From assembly GCA_965226885.1 (NCBI GenBank), contig CBDDEL010000011.1:315362-379361 (forward strand): DNA of 64,000 nt, given 5' to 3'. Below the pieces are notes generated by a model. It had not been told where the DNA came from. It worked only from the letters and a program-made list of their open reading frames with translations, and did no database searches. Of the stretch, positions 22,745 through 33,842 are shown piece after piece. This stretch comes from Opitutales bacterium. Lineage in GTDB: Bacteria; Verrucomicrobiota; Verrucomicrobiia; Opitutales; UBA2987. A program made the translations under genes and the position numbers. The first letter of the stretch is position 1. Each line of letters opens with the position of its first letter.

Positions 22745-23146
22745 ATGATCGAATCGACAACGAAAATTCGGGTGCGATACGTCGAAACCGACAAGATGGG
22801 CGTCGTTTACCACGGCAATTACTTCACCTGGTTCGAAGTCGGGCGCGTACTCCTGCTGGACGAGGTTGGGCTGCCCTACCGCGAGATGGAGGCCTCCGGC
22901 TATGGGCTGCCGGTTCTGGAAGCGACGGCCCGATACCACCGCCCGGCCTCTTTCGACGACCGGCTGACCATCAAAACCTGCATCCGCGAAAAACCCACGG
23001 TGCGAATGAACATCGATTACGAAGTATGGAAAAACGATACCCTCATCTGCACCGGAACCACCCGCCACGCCTTCGTCGATAAAAACGGCGCACCCACCCG
23101 ACCACCCACCGAATTCACGAAGCGCATGGGAGCTTATTTTAAATAA
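22745..23146 (+). CDS. Acyl-CoA thioesterase (YbgC/FadM family)
   Basis: VRYVETDKMGVVYHGNYFTWFEVGR motif. Confidence 0.92.
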   Translation: MIESTTKIRVRYVETDKMGVVYHGNYFTWFEVGRVLLLDEVGLPYREMEASGYGLPVLEATARYHRPASFDDRLTIKTCIREKPTVRMNIDYEVWKNDTLICTGTTRHAFVDKNGAPTRPPTEFTKRMGAYFK

Positions 23147-23197
23147 TCTCAAAAACTCCAATTCGACCTATTTTACGGCCAAAGATGCCCGCATTAG

Positions 23198-23737
23198 TCA
23201 ATAATCAGGTAGCTTCTTTTCGGTAGATGCGGCATTTCGGTAGATGCGGCAGACATGGGCCGCCACTTCGGTGATGCTCCGGTTTTCAGTGGTTACGCCG
23301 GTGCCCGCGCTCATGTAAATGGCATTCCGTTTTTCCAACAGGTCCCGTATCTCCTCCTCTGGCTTGTCCACGTTGAGCAAGGGCCGTTTCTGGGTTCGGG
23401 AGGTGCGCTCAAGAATGGAGTCAGTGGAGGCAAATAGGCAGACCACGACCCCTTTGGACTTGAGCTTATCCAGTATGCCCGGCTGCATCACCAGGCCGCC
23501 CCCGCAGGCCACCACGCATCCATGCCCTGGGTGCCCCGTTTCCACGAATTCCCTCTCCATTTTGCGGAAAGTTTCTTCTCCCTGCTCCCGGAAAATTTCT
23601 TTAATCGTCATGGCCGTCTTTTTTTCGATTTCCACGTCCGAATCGAGGAATTGCAATTCGAATTTACGGGCCACCTTGCGACCGACAGCCGTTTTGCCGG
23701 TCCCCATGAAGCCGACGATATAAAGATTAGATTTCAT
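23198..23737 (-). CDS. aroK: Shikimate kinase
   Basis: GFMGTGKT P-loop; DSD, GEETFR, ACGGG and RPLL motifs. Confidence 0.95.
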   Translation of the reverse strand: MKSNLYIVGFMGTGKTAVGRKVARKFELQFLDSDVEIEKKTAMTIKEIFREQGEETFRKMEREFVETGHPGHGCVVACGGGLVMQPGILDKLKSKGVVVCLFASTDSILERTSRTQKRPLLNVDKPEEEIRDLLEKRNAIYMSAGTGVTTENRSITEVAAHVCRIYRNAASTEKKLPDY

Positions 23738-23892
23738 TCTTTGAGTCCAATAGTGGGCACGGGCCAGGTTTCATCACCTGCCTATCTGTTTTTTATGAGA
23801 GTGAATATAAATATTCCCCGCCTGGAAAGGCTTGCCAAGCAGAAACTAAAGCTCTGTTTTCATCTACTCCATTTCCCAAAGCCTGCCGAACC

Positions 23893-24393
23893 ATGAAACT
23901 AAGGCCATTTCAACCTGAGGACAAAGATGGCGTCATTGCCTTGATAGACCGGGTCTTGAGAGAATACGGCGACAAGGTGTGGCTGGAGGGCACCGATAAA
24001 GACCTGCTGGATATCGAGGGAGGCTACCCGGACCGGGGCGGTGCCTTTATAGTATTGGAAAAGAATGGTGAAATACTGGGCACCCATGCCGTTGCGCCGA
24101 TTCCGCAAAGGCCCGGGGTGGCGAATTTTCGACGGCTTTACCTTTGCCATACCCTTCGGGGTGCAAGATTTGGCGACCTATTAATGCAGTGGGCAATCGA
24201 CTGGGCCCGGGAAAATCGCTACAAACGGGTGGAATTTTGGTCCGACAGGCGTTTTTCGCGCGGCCATCGTTTTTTTGCCAAATTTCAGTTCCAAAGCACC
24301 GGGGAAGAAAGGCAAATGAATGATAGTTGGGAGCCTTACCAAGAACTTTTTTTCTACCGTGAATTCAACGAACCGGCAACCCCTCAAGATTGA
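23893..24393 (+). CDS. GNAT-family N-acetyltransferase
   Basis: RRLYL...RGARFGDLLM acetyl-CoA-binding motif A. Confidence 0.85.
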   Translation: MKLRPFQPEDKDGVIALIDRVLREYGDKVWLEGTDKDLLDIEGGYPDRGGAFIVLEKNGEILGTHAVAPIPQRPGVANFRRLYLCHTLRGARFGDLLMQWAIDWARENRYKRVEFWSDRRFSRGHRFFAKFQFQSTGEERQMNDSWEPYQELFFYREFNEPATPQD

Positions 24394-24487
24394 TGTCTCA
24401 GGCCGCTAAAATCGCGTAGAAAAATTATTGTTTTCTCTATGTTCGCAAATTCCTTGCCGTTGCCATGATTTCCTGTATTTTTAGTTC

Positions 24488-24931
24488 ATGCAAAATGATG
24501 TCGTAGAGGCCAGCATCAAAGGTGTCATGCCCACTTCAAATGGGTGCGCAGTCTTTATTGGGCCAGAAAACAAGACCTTCGTCATCTATGTCGATCAATA
24601 TATCGGCAGCGCTATTTCCATGGCTATTAACGAGGAAAAGAAGGACCGGCCCCTCACCCATGACCTCATCTACAGCATTTTTCAGGGTCTTGAAGTTTCT
24701 ATCGAACGGGTCGTCATAAACGACGTCAGCGACAGCATTTACTTCGCCCGCATTATCCTCAAGATGGAAAATGAATTGGGCAGCAAAATTGTCGAAATCG
24801 ATGCCCGCCCCAGCGATTCCATGGTCCTCGCGATTCAATCGAAAAAGCCCATTTACGTTGCCCAAAGAGTGATCGACCAGGTGGACGACATGACCGAAAT
24901 CCTGGAGCGCATCCTCAAACAACAGGATTAG
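24488..24931 (+). CDS. Bifunctional nuclease family protein (DUF151)
   Basis: RPLTHDL and IDARPSDS motifs. Confidence 0.92.
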   Translation: MQNDVVEASIKGVMPTSNGCAVFIGPENKTFVIYVDQYIGSAISMAINEEKKDRPLTHDLIYSIFQGLEVSIERVVINDVSDSIYFARIILKMENELGSKIVEIDARPSDSMVLAIQSKKPIYVAQRVIDQVDDMTEILERILKQQD

Positions 24932-24945
24932 AGCCGGGGCTGGGT

Positions 24946-26082
24946 TTGAACAACTTCTTCAGGCCAATACCAGGGCAAGGGCCAGAGCTTCCGGCGACTC
25001 TCTACGGGGACGGCCAACCCATTACCGCGCTGGCGCCCATGCAGGATGTTACCTCCCTGCCTTTTATGGAGGTTATTGCCCACTGCGGCCCCCCGGATTA
25101 TTTTTTTACCGAATACTTTCGGGTCCATGCATGTTCAAGACTCGATCCGGAGATACTTCGATCGGTGACGGAAAACAAAACCGGCCGTCCGGTCTTCGCC
25201 CAACTCATCGGGGAAAGCCTACCCCACCTGGAAAGGACAGCCAGGGAATTGCAAAATTATCCGGTGGCCGGAATCGATCTTAACCTAGGATGCCCCGCGC
25301 CCAAGGTTTACCGCAAAAATGTGGGCGGCGGCCTCCTGCGCGATCCGGGCCGGGTGGATAAAATCCTGGGACATCTGCGCCCTTTGATTAAGGGCCTTTT
25401 CACCGTCAAAATGCGCATCGGATTTGCCTGCGATGAGCATTTTGAGGCCTTGCTGGAACTTATCAACCGGCATTCCATCGATTTGCTCAGCGTGCATGGC
25501 CGAACGGTCAAGGAAATGTACCGGGGGGAGCCTCATTACGACCACATCGCAAAAGCCGTCCAGGCGGTTCGCTGCCCTGTGCTCGCCAATGGCAACATCA
25601 CCTCGCCCGCCAAAGCGAGGCAGGTAGCCGCTTTCACCGGCGCCGCCGGGCTTATGATCGGCAGATCGGCCATCCGTAACCCCTGGATATTCCGCCAAAT
25701 CCGGGAGGCCCACTCACCGGATAGCCGTATTTTTCAACCCACCCTGGCCGATGTGCGCGAATACGTGGAGGTTCTCTACGAAGCGTTCCGCAAACCGGAT
25801 GTGCCGGAGCTACGACAGGTCAACCGGATGAAGAAATTCCTCAATTTCGTCGGCCAGGGAGTGGACCCGGAAGGCAAATTTTTGCACCAAATGCGCAGGA
25901 CCCAAACCCATCGCGATCTAATGGAAACCTGCCACCGGCACATGATAGAAAACGGCAAAGCGGAGCAACCCTTCCCCCTCGAACCCCACCAAGGCGTCAA
26001 CGCCAGGCCCAACCGCGAGTCTCCACCCGCCCCCAGCATGGCTCTTTCCACAACCACAGGTTACACAGATAGACGCAGATAA
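24946..26082 (+). CDS. tRNA-dihydrouridine synthase family protein
   Basis: LAPMQDVT, IDLNLGCP, VHGRT, ANGNI and MIGR motifs. Confidence 0.93.
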   Translation: MNNFFRPIPGQGPELPATLYGDGQPITALAPMQDVTSLPFMEVIAHCGPPDYFFTEYFRVHACSRLDPEILRSVTENKTGRPVFAQLIGESLPHLERTARELQNYPVAGIDLNLGCPAPKVYRKNVGGGLLRDPGRVDKILGHLRPLIKGLFTVKMRIGFACDEHFEALLELINRHSIDLLSVHGRTVKEMYRGEPHYDHIAKAVQAVRCPVLANGNITSPAKARQVAAFTGAAGLMIGRSAIRNPWIFRQIREAHSPDSRIFQPTLADVREYVEVLYEAFRKPDVPELRQVNRMKKFLNFVGQGVDPEGKFLHQMRRTQTHRDLMETCHRHMIENGKAEQPFPLEPHQGVNARPNRESPPAPSMALSTTTGYTDRRR

Positions 26083-26243
26083 TTGCCAAACCGAGATCAA
26101 AATCCATTTTCAACCACGAACTACACAGATTAACACGGAGTATGAAATGTTAGGTATTGGATGGTTCTAACGATGGTTCTAACTAAAGGGGTTTTTGATT
26201 GGTGGCTGCCAAGCTATTCAACCTTCAATCTCGCCAGGGCTAG

Positions 26244-27984
26244 CCCGGATATTTCGTAAAAAAAGTATCGTTGATATGCTTAACTGCTGATATACAGCAG
26301 GATAGATCAATAATTAAAGCAATATCAGCGATGACAAAAGGTAAACAATTAAAGCTACAGTTGACAAGGGTAAAAGGCCGCCGTGTGCGGGTTGATTTCA
26401 AGGGCGGAGAGGTTACTTCGGATGCCGGACTGCTTTTGATCCGGGAAGTGGATCGGCAGTTGGGCTTGACCGAACGAGCGGCCCGACAGTTAGTGGACAA
26501 ACGGCAGAAGGGCAAAGTACGCCATGAGGTATTGGGGATGCTGCGGCAGCGCGTTTACGGGCTGGTGGCGGGCTATGAGGATTTGAACGAACTTTGATAC
26601 CCTGCGCCACGATTCATTGTTGCAAACGGTAACGGGGCGCATTGAAACGTTGGCCAGCGCGCCGACTTTGTGTCGTTTTGAAAACGGGCAGGATCGGCGG
26701 GCGGCCTTTGCGGTAAACGAGCTGTTGGTCGAACAGTTCATGGGCTCCTTTGCCGAGGAACCCGAAGAGATCATCCTGGACTTTGCCGCCACCGACAATC
26801 CGGTGCACGGGCTCCAGGAGGGACGTTTTTTCCACGGTTATTATGATCATTACTGTTTTCTGCCGCTATATGTTTTTTGCGGTGATCAGCTGCTGGTGGC
26901 CTACCTGCGGCCGAGCAAGATCGATGCCAGCAAGCATGCCGGGGCCATCCTCAAATTGCTGGTTAAACGGATGCGCCAAAGCTGGCCCCGTACGCGGATT
27001 ATTTGGCGCGCCGACAGTGGATTTTGTCGAGACCGGATACTCTCTTGGTGCGACCGCAACGAAGTTAGTTACATCGTGGGGATGGCTCGCAATGCACGCT
27101 TGCAGCAAGACGCCCAGCAGTTGCAAAAGCAGGCCAAAGAATGGTTCGAACTAAGGGGTAAAAAACAACGGTTATTCCAGGACTTCGTCTATGCTGCCGA
27201 TTCGTGGCGATGGCTGCGGTTGGTCATCCATAAAGCCGAACACACCGCACAGGGGTCCAACCCGCGCTTCGTGGTGACGAACCTGCCGGGCGATCCCCAG
27301 GAGCTTTACGACAAGGTATACTGTGGCCGCGGTGAAATGGAGAACCGCATCAAGGAACAGATGCAATTGTTCAGCGAGCGCACCAGCGCCCATCAATGGT
27401 GGGCCAATCAGTGGCGATTGCTCTTGTCGGCGCTGGCCTACACCTTGATGGAAGCCATGCGCCGGTTAGCCTTAAAAGGGACGAAGTGGGCGCGGGCCCA
27501 ATGCCACACCCTGCGGCTCAAATTAATCAAGATCGGAGCGGTCATCGTGCGCAACACCCGAACGATTCACTTTCACCTAAGTGAGAGTTATCCTTGGGCC
27601 AGTCTTTTCAACCATGCGGCCCGCCGATTGGTGCCAACCTAAAGGGTGCATTGGTGCTGCCCCCGGCACTACCGAACCAATGGGGGAAAGGGGGCAGTGT
27701 CTCTACACCCTGAAAAACACCTAAAAATCAAGACGATCTGCTCAAAATACAAAGAAATCCATCTCCAATAGCAATAACGAGCCAAACTTTACCCTTCATG
27801 AAATATCCGGGCTAAAGGGTGCATTGGTGCTGCCCCCGGCACTACCGAACCAATGGGGGAAAGGGGGCAGTGTCTCTACACCCTGAAAAACACCTAAAAA
27901 TCAAGACGATCTGCTCAAAATACAAAGAAATCCATCTCCAATAGCAATAACGAGCCAAACTTTACCCTTCATGAAATATCCGGG
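26244..27984 (+). mobile_element. IS1380-family element, frameshifted, with duplicated 173-bp right end
   Basis: CTAG flanks at 26240-26243 and 27985-27988; +1 insertion near 26591; LDFDATD changed to LDFAATD; 27639-27811 repeated at 27812-27984. Confidence 0.93.
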
Positions 27985-27991
27985 CTAGGTA

Positions 27992-29808
27992 GAGGCTGTC
28001 CCAAAAATATAAAGATTTTATAGTCAACTGGATGACGTTGATAAAAAGAGCCGGAAAGAGCAAGTTTTTGCTCGATCCGGCCAAAAAAGGGTTCTATAAT
28101 TGAGTTAGCGAAAATCAATATAGCCCTTTCTATGAAAAATATAGCCATCCAATGCCTCCTGCGTCCAGCTTTAACTGTGGTCGACCGGTGCCTCGATTAC
28201 GATAACTTCCGCGCCACCATTGATCGAATCGATCGGCTGCTGATCGACTCGGAGGTGGAATCGCAGGCCATTGAGCTGGCCTTGGAGGGGTGGCCGCCAA
28301 TGGGTCTAAAGGCCCGGCGGCAGCGGGCCAGTTTTGCCATCAAGGCACTGCGCATGGATACGCTGGGCCGTCTGCTCGGAGGGATTTCGTTTCGGCATTT
28401 GTCGCGGGCTCTGGGCAGCAGCGATCTGTTGGCCGACTTTTGCCGTGTCCGGCAGATCGATGGCATCAGGGGCATCTCCAAAAGCACCCTGGAGCGGGCC
28501 TCGAAGTTTTTCAGCGAAGAGCAGTTGAGGGCCTTGCACCGGACCTTGACTGAGGTGGTGGGCGATGCCCTTCTGGCCCGGCAGGTGGGATTGGACAAGC
28601 CGATTGACCCCACCATTTGCCTGATCGACGGCACCTGTTTGGAGGCTAACATTCATTGGCCGACGGACTGGGTATTACTCAAGGATGTAGCCGGCACGTT
28701 GCTCAAAGCGATCCGGCTGATCCGCGAGAAGGCCGGTTTGCGCCATCGCATGCCGATCGAACCGGAGCCCTTGGCTCGGCAGATGAATCGGCTGTGCATA
28801 CAGATGACCCACAGCCGGCGGCGAAAGGACAGCGCGCGGCAGCGCAAGGGTATCTTGAGGCAGATGAAAAAGCTGCTCAAACGGATCGGGGAGCATGCCC
28901 GCAGTCACCGGGAATTATTGCAAGCCTGCTGGGAGCAAAGCGATTACAGCGAAAAACAGGTCCAACAGATCCTCGCCCGGATGGAGCGCATGAGCGAGCA
29001 AATCCCGGTGGTCATCAAACAGGCGCACGAGCGGATCATTGGCGGCCGCCAGGTGAAAAACGCAGAGAAAGTCTTGAGTGTTTACGAACTCGATGTGCAG
29101 GTGATTGTGCGAGGTAAAGCGGGCCAAGAGGTCGAGTTCGGCAACACCCTGTTTTTGGGAGAAAGCGTTGAAGGGTACCTGCTGGACTGGAAACTCTACG
29201 GCAGCCGAACTCCAAGCGAAAATGAACAAATGCAAGAGAGTTTGCAAAGACAGAACCGCTTCAACCTGGAAGAACCCATAGCGGCCATGTGCGCGGACCG
29301 GGGATTTGCCTCCCAGCGGGCCCGCCGGCAGTTAGCCCAGGAGGGAATCTACGACGCGCTCTGTCCACGCGATCCGAAGCAGTTGAAAAAACGGATGGAG
29401 GAACCACTGTTCAGACAATTGCAAAAGCGCCGGGCCAGCACCGAAGGGCGGATCGGGGTATTGAAGAATCGCTGGCAGGCCGGGCGGTTGCGCAGCAAAG
29501 GCTTTGCCAACCGCTCGATCAGCGTAGCCTGGTCGGTACTCTCGCACAACCTATGGAAAGTAGCCAAGATGCTGGCCCAGCAAGACGAACTAAAAACCAA
29601 AGCGGCGGCCTAGAGAGCGGAAAAGCAAGGACAATACTTTTTCACAGCCTTACTGTCGGCTCATACAAAGAAAATCAGGCAACCGGACCCCAAAACCAGT
29701 ATCCTAACGTCATAGGAGAGCAAAGTTGATACTCTCCCAAATGCAAATACCTCTAAAATGAGCGCCTATCAAAAGCCCTCGCAAAAATCACCCTTTTGGG
29801 ACAGCCTC
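27992..29808 (+). mobile_element. IS5-like/ISNCY-type element (1817 bp)
   Basis: Inverted repeats GAGGCTGTCCCAAAA / TTTTGGGACAGCCTC. Flanks TAGGTA and TATATA do not match. Family assignment is tentative. Confidence 0.9.
28132..29613 (+). CDS. DDE transposase (IS5-like/ISNCY-type), 493 aa
   Basis: IDGTCLEANIHWPTD, GKAGQEVEFG, ADRGF and RASTEGRIGVLK motifs. Confidence 0.88.
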   Translation: MKNIAIQCLLRPALTVVDRCLDYDNFRATIDRIDRLLIDSEVESQAIELALEGWPPMGLKARRQRASFAIKALRMDTLGRLLGGISFRHLSRALGSSDLLADFCRVRQIDGIRGISKSTLERASKFFSEEQLRALHRTLTEVVGDALLARQVGLDKPIDPTICLIDGTCLEANIHWPTDWVLLKDVAGTLLKAIRLIREKAGLRHRMPIEPEPLARQMNRLCIQMTHSRRRKDSARQRKGILRQMKKLLKRIGEHARSHRELLQACWEQSDYSEKQVQQILARMERMSEQIPVVIKQAHERIIGGRQVKNAEKVLSVYELDVQVIVRGKAGQEVEFGNTLFLGESVEGYLLDWKLYGSRTPSENEQMQESLQRQNRFNLEEPIAAMCADRGFASQRARRQLAQEGIYDALCPRDPKQLKKRMEEPLFRQLQKRRASTEGRIGVLKNRWQAGRLRSKGFANRSISVAWSVLSHNLWKVAKMLAQQDELKTKAAA

Positions 29809-30190
29809 TATATACACGTTGTCGGCGTTTAACTACTTGTTTAGAGTCAGGTAAAATTCAATCCATGACTGTTGCATGTCCGGTTGACGCATTGCCATGC
29901 TCAGCGCGTCCCGGAAATCCATGCTCCCGGCTACCTCTTTCTGCCCGGTAACCGCTTCCGGTATGCCGACCGATGCGATTTCCTCTTCAACTTTGCGCTG
30001 TTCTACCGAACCCGTCGCCCGGTCGTCCTGCGACACAGTTTCAGAATCGGTATCGCTTCCTACCGTGATACCAATTACCACCCCAACCGTGACGGCAATC
30101 GCCAAGGACAGCACCCAGCAGGCAACGAGCCGAAACTTGAATCCAAGAGCAATAACGCTGATAGACCGACCTCGTCGAGTCGGGTTCCTA
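29809..30190 (-). pseudogene. Remnant of a membrane-anchored hypothetical protein
   Basis: N-terminal hydrophobic helix and acidic linker; in-frame TAG at 29833, then truncated by the IS. Start is approximate. Confidence 0.5.
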
Positions 30191-30302
30191 TTTTTTCACT
30201 TTCTGATACTGGAATCAATGGGGAGAAAGATGACATGGGTAGAAGAGGGTCAATACTTTAGGCGCTGTTTCTGGGTGAGAGTCTTTAGTTTGATAATATT
30301 TT

Positions 30303-31104
30303 GGTAGTGTATAAAAAAAGAATGTTATTTTGTATTTTTAGCTGTACAAATAGCGTTAGGCAGTTTATTCTTAGTGCATGGTTACTAAAATTATTAATTG
30401 TCGGCACTGTGGAAGTGAAAATATCATTAAATTTGGCAAGACGCCCAACCATAAACAGCGCTACCGCTGCCATGATTGTGGTAAACAAAGCCGCGAAAAC
30501 CCCACAGTGAAATACACCGAAGAGCAAAAAGAAATGATCCTTCGAGTCTATCAGGAACGCAGCAGTCTACGCGGTTTACAGCGCGCCTTCGGGGTGAGTC
30601 CCAACACCGTTTTGAGTTGGTTAAAAAAAACGACAATCGCTGCGACCGCTCAAAAGCACGATTCTTGCGGCCCGCCGCCATGATGTCATTGAACTGGACG
30701 AACTGTGGTCTTTTGTGGGGCGCAAGAGCGATGCCCAATGGGTTTGGATCGCTCTTTGCCGACGCACCCGTCAAATCCTCTCCTATGCCATTGGGCCTCG
30801 GGATTGGTATCGTTGCCGGGAACTTTACGAGCGTCTGCCACGGGCCTACAAAAGATGTGCCACCTACAGCGACTTTTGGAGCACTTATGATGAAGTCTTT
30901 CCTCATAACCGATCCGTGGGAAAAGAAACCGGTGAAACGGCCCATGTGGAACGATGGAACAATACCCTGCGCCAACGACTGGGTCGTCTCACACGCAAAA
31001 CCCTCTCCTTTTCCAAGCTTAAGAGTATGCATGAAACCTGTCTGAGACTTTTCATTCATCAATATAATCAAGAATTAGCCACCATTCCTACTTAATACAC
31101 TACC
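30303..31104 (+). mobile_element. IS1-family element type 1 (transposase 30378-31095)
   Basis: Near-identical to the other two copies; flanks AATATTTT and CGCATTTT are not a duplication. Confidence 0.95.
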
Positions 31105-31399
31105 CGCATTTTTTGGTGGAATGAGCTGTTCTCAACACGTTTATTCAATAATCCCTCGGTATATAATCCCTTTTTAATTTCCCTACCGATTTGATCGAAA
31201 ATAACAAAGGATAAGATTGCCAGATCACATTGAAAGCAGAAAAATGGATCGATATATAAGAAAGTAGCGATTTCCTACGATTATGAATGTTCATAGGGGA
31301 AAAATCGTCTAATCTCAAAGAGGTGTGTAAACGCCGGGGAAAAACCGGTACGGTAAAGAGGGCGCTTTAAAACCGGTACGCTTATCCTAGAAAGGAGGA

Positions 31400-32905
31400 G
31401 TGTATCGAGATATGAAGCAATGGACAAGAGTGCGGCACAAAGTGCTGCGGGACAAGCAGAGCAAGCGCTCTGTAATGCGAGAAGAGGGACTGCACTGGGA
31501 GACCCTGGGAAAGATGCTGGCCTATTCCCAGCCGCCGGGATACCGGCGCAAGAAGAGGCGAGAGCGCAAGATCGATCCGTATGTGGGCTGGATCGAGGAG
31601 GTGCTCAAAGCGGACCGGAACGTGCCCAAGAAGCAGCGCCATACGGCCAAACGGATCTACCAGCGTTTGGGTCGGGAGAAGGGCTACCAAGGGGGCTACA
31701 CGGCGGTCAAGGAGGTGGTGGCCGAGCTGCGAGCGAGGCGGCGGGAAGTGTTCGTGCCGCTGGAGCACCGCCCCGGGGAGGGACAGGTGGACTTCGGTCA
31801 TGCCCTGGTGAAGGAGGCGGGGCAATTGCGTAGGCGGCCATTTTTTGCCATGAGCCTGCCCTACAGCGATGCCTTTTTCGTGCAGGTGTTCGAACGGGAG
31901 TGCACGGAGAGCTTCTGGGAGGGGCACCTGCGAGCTTTTGAGTTTTTCGGGGCGGTGCCCCGGCGCATCAGCTATGACAACTCGAAGGTGGCGGTGGGTA
32001 AGATTATCGGTTCGCGTGAACGCAAGCTGACCGACGGGTTTCTGCAGCTACAGAGCCATTACCTGTTCGAGGAACACTTCTGTCTGCCCGCCCGGCCCAA
32101 CGAGAAGGGCGTGGTCGAGGGGATCGTGCGTTATGCCCGGGCCAACTTCCTGGTACCGGTACCGCAGGTTCGGGACCTGGAGGAACTCAACGCAAAGCTG
32201 TTGGAGGCATGTGAGCGGGACATGGAGCGTAAATTACGCGGGAAAAGGGCGGTGAAAAAGGAACTGCTGGCCGAGGAGCGCGCCGTCATGCTGGCGTTGC
32301 CGCCCATACCCTTTGAAGCGAGCCGCAAACGCTCGACCTGCGTCAGCAGCCTCTCGCTGGTGCGCTTCGAGTGCAACGACTATTCGGTGCCGGTGCGCTG
32401 CGCCCACCATCCGGTGGTGGTGGAAGGGTCCTGTCGGCAGGTGGTGATCTTCTGTGGGGGCCAAGAGGTGGCCCGGCACCGCCGCATTTGGGATAAAGAG
32501 CAAGTCTCTTTCGAGCCGGTGCACTACCTGGCTTTGCTGGAGAAAAAACCGGGCGCTTTGGACTTCGCCCGCCCACTCTCGGGCTGGCAGTTGCCGCAGT
32601 GCCTGCAGGTCCTCAGACGCCGGCTCGAAAGCCAATGCGGGGGCGAAGGCACCCGGGAGTATATCCGGGTGCTGCGGCTGTTGGAGAAACACCCCATGGC
32701 GGCCTTGCAGCAGGCCGTCGTCTCGGCCCTGCGGGGGGGGGGACTGACTCGTGAGGCCATCGCCCAGTATCTCTATCCTCAGGAAGACTACGGGAGCAGA
32801 ACCTTCCGGCTGGACGGCCATCCACACCTGCGTCACGTCCGTGTGGCCGCCCCTGACCTCGGTGCCTACAGCGAACTGCTCAAGATTCCAGGAGGGGCTT
32901 TATGA
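31400..32905 (+). CDS. istA: IS21-family transposase IstA
   Basis: QRHTAKRIY, PGEGQVDFG, YDN and EKGVVE motifs. Confidence 0.95.
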   Translation: MYRDMKQWTRVRHKVLRDKQSKRSVMREEGLHWETLGKMLAYSQPPGYRRKKRRERKIDPYVGWIEEVLKADRNVPKKQRHTAKRIYQRLGREKGYQGGYTAVKEVVAELRARRREVFVPLEHRPGEGQVDFGHALVKEAGQLRRRPFFAMSLPYSDAFFVQVFERECTESFWEGHLRAFEFFGAVPRRISYDNSKVAVGKIIGSRERKLTDGFLQLQSHYLFEEHFCLPARPNEKGVVEGIVRYARANFLVPVPQVRDLEELNAKLLEACERDMERKLRGKRAVKKELLAEERAVMLALPPIPFEASRKRSTCVSSLSLVRFECNDYSVPVRCAHHPVVVEGSCRQVVIFCGGQEVARHRRIWDKEQVSFEPVHYLALLEKKPGALDFARPLSGWQLPQCLQVLRRRLESQCGGEGTREYIRVLRLLEKHPMAALQQAVVSALRGGGLTREAIAQYLYPQEDYGSRTFRLDGHPHLRHVRVAAPDLGAYSELLKIPGGAL

Positions 32906-33669
32906 AGGAAGAAAAAAACCAGCTGCTGTTACACCATCACCTCAAGAAACTGAAGTTGCCCACCATCCTGCGCGAATGGCCGGCGGTGGCCGCGGCTTGT
33001 TCCCGGGACCGGCTCGATTACGCCGCCTTTTTGTTGCATCTGGTCGAACGGGAGCTCATTGAACGCGAACAGCGGGCCGCCCAGCGGCGGATCAGAAACG
33101 CCCGTTTCCCCGTGCTCAAGACCCTCGAGAGCTTCGCCTTTGAAGCGCAGCCCTCGATCAACGAAGCGCTCATCCGAGAGCTCATGCGCGGGGAGTATGT
33201 CGACCAGCGCGAAAACGTGCTGCTCCTCGGTAACGCCGGTACCGGTAAAACGCACCTGGCCACCGCCCTGGGCTTTGCCGCCTGTGCCCAGGGCCGGCGG
33301 ATCCGTTTCTTCGGGGTCACCGCCCTGGTTACCCATATGCTCGAGCAACGCGACAACCACGACCTGCAGCGCTTCATGAAGCAACTCGAAAGGCTCGACC
33401 TACTCATCCTCGACGAACTCGGTTACGTCCCTTTTTCCAAGACCGGTTCCGAACTGCTCTTCGACGTGGTCAGCCGCGCTTACGAGCGCACCAGTCTCAT
33501 CGTCACCACCAACCTGCCCTTTGAGAACTGGATCGAAGTGCTCGGTTCCGAACGGCTCACCGGAGCTCTGCTGGACCGACTCACCCATCGGGTGCATATC
33601 CTCGAAGCCAACGGGCAAAGCTACCGCTTGCGCGATGCTCGACGCCGTCGCCGTGGCACAAAACAATAA
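32902..33669 (+). CDS. istB: IS21-family helper ATPase IstB
   Basis: GNAGTGKTHLA Walker A, LLILDELGY Walker B, ALLDRLTH. Confidence 0.96.
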   Translation: MKEEKNQLLLHHHLKKLKLPTILREWPAVAAACSRDRLDYAAFLLHLVERELIEREQRAAQRRIRNARFPVLKTLESFAFEAQPSINEALIRELMRGEYVDQRENVLLLGNAGTGKTHLATALGFAACAQGRRIRFFGVTALVTHMLEQRDNHDLQRFMKQLERLDLLILDELGYVPFSKTGSELLFDVVSRAYERTSLIVTTNLPFENWIEVLGSERLTGALLDRLTHRVHILEANGQSYRLRDARRRRRGTKQ

Positions 33670-33842
33670 ACGCCTTGGGCCCGGCTCGTCGGCCTCCGGC
33701 CTCCTCACCGACCCCAAGCCAATCCCCAAAACCAACTCCCAAACCCTAAACCTTGACGTACCTGCAATTACTAACCTAAACCTTATTCCAAGCGTACCGG
33801 TTTTACCCCGACCCCCGTACCGGTTTCATCCCGGCGTTTACA

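Larger units (their letters stand above)
31326..33842 (+). mobile_element. IS21-family element
   Basis: TGTAAACGCCGGG...CCCGGCGTTTACA ends with repeated AAACCGGTACG boxes; carries istA and istB. Confidence 0.95.
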
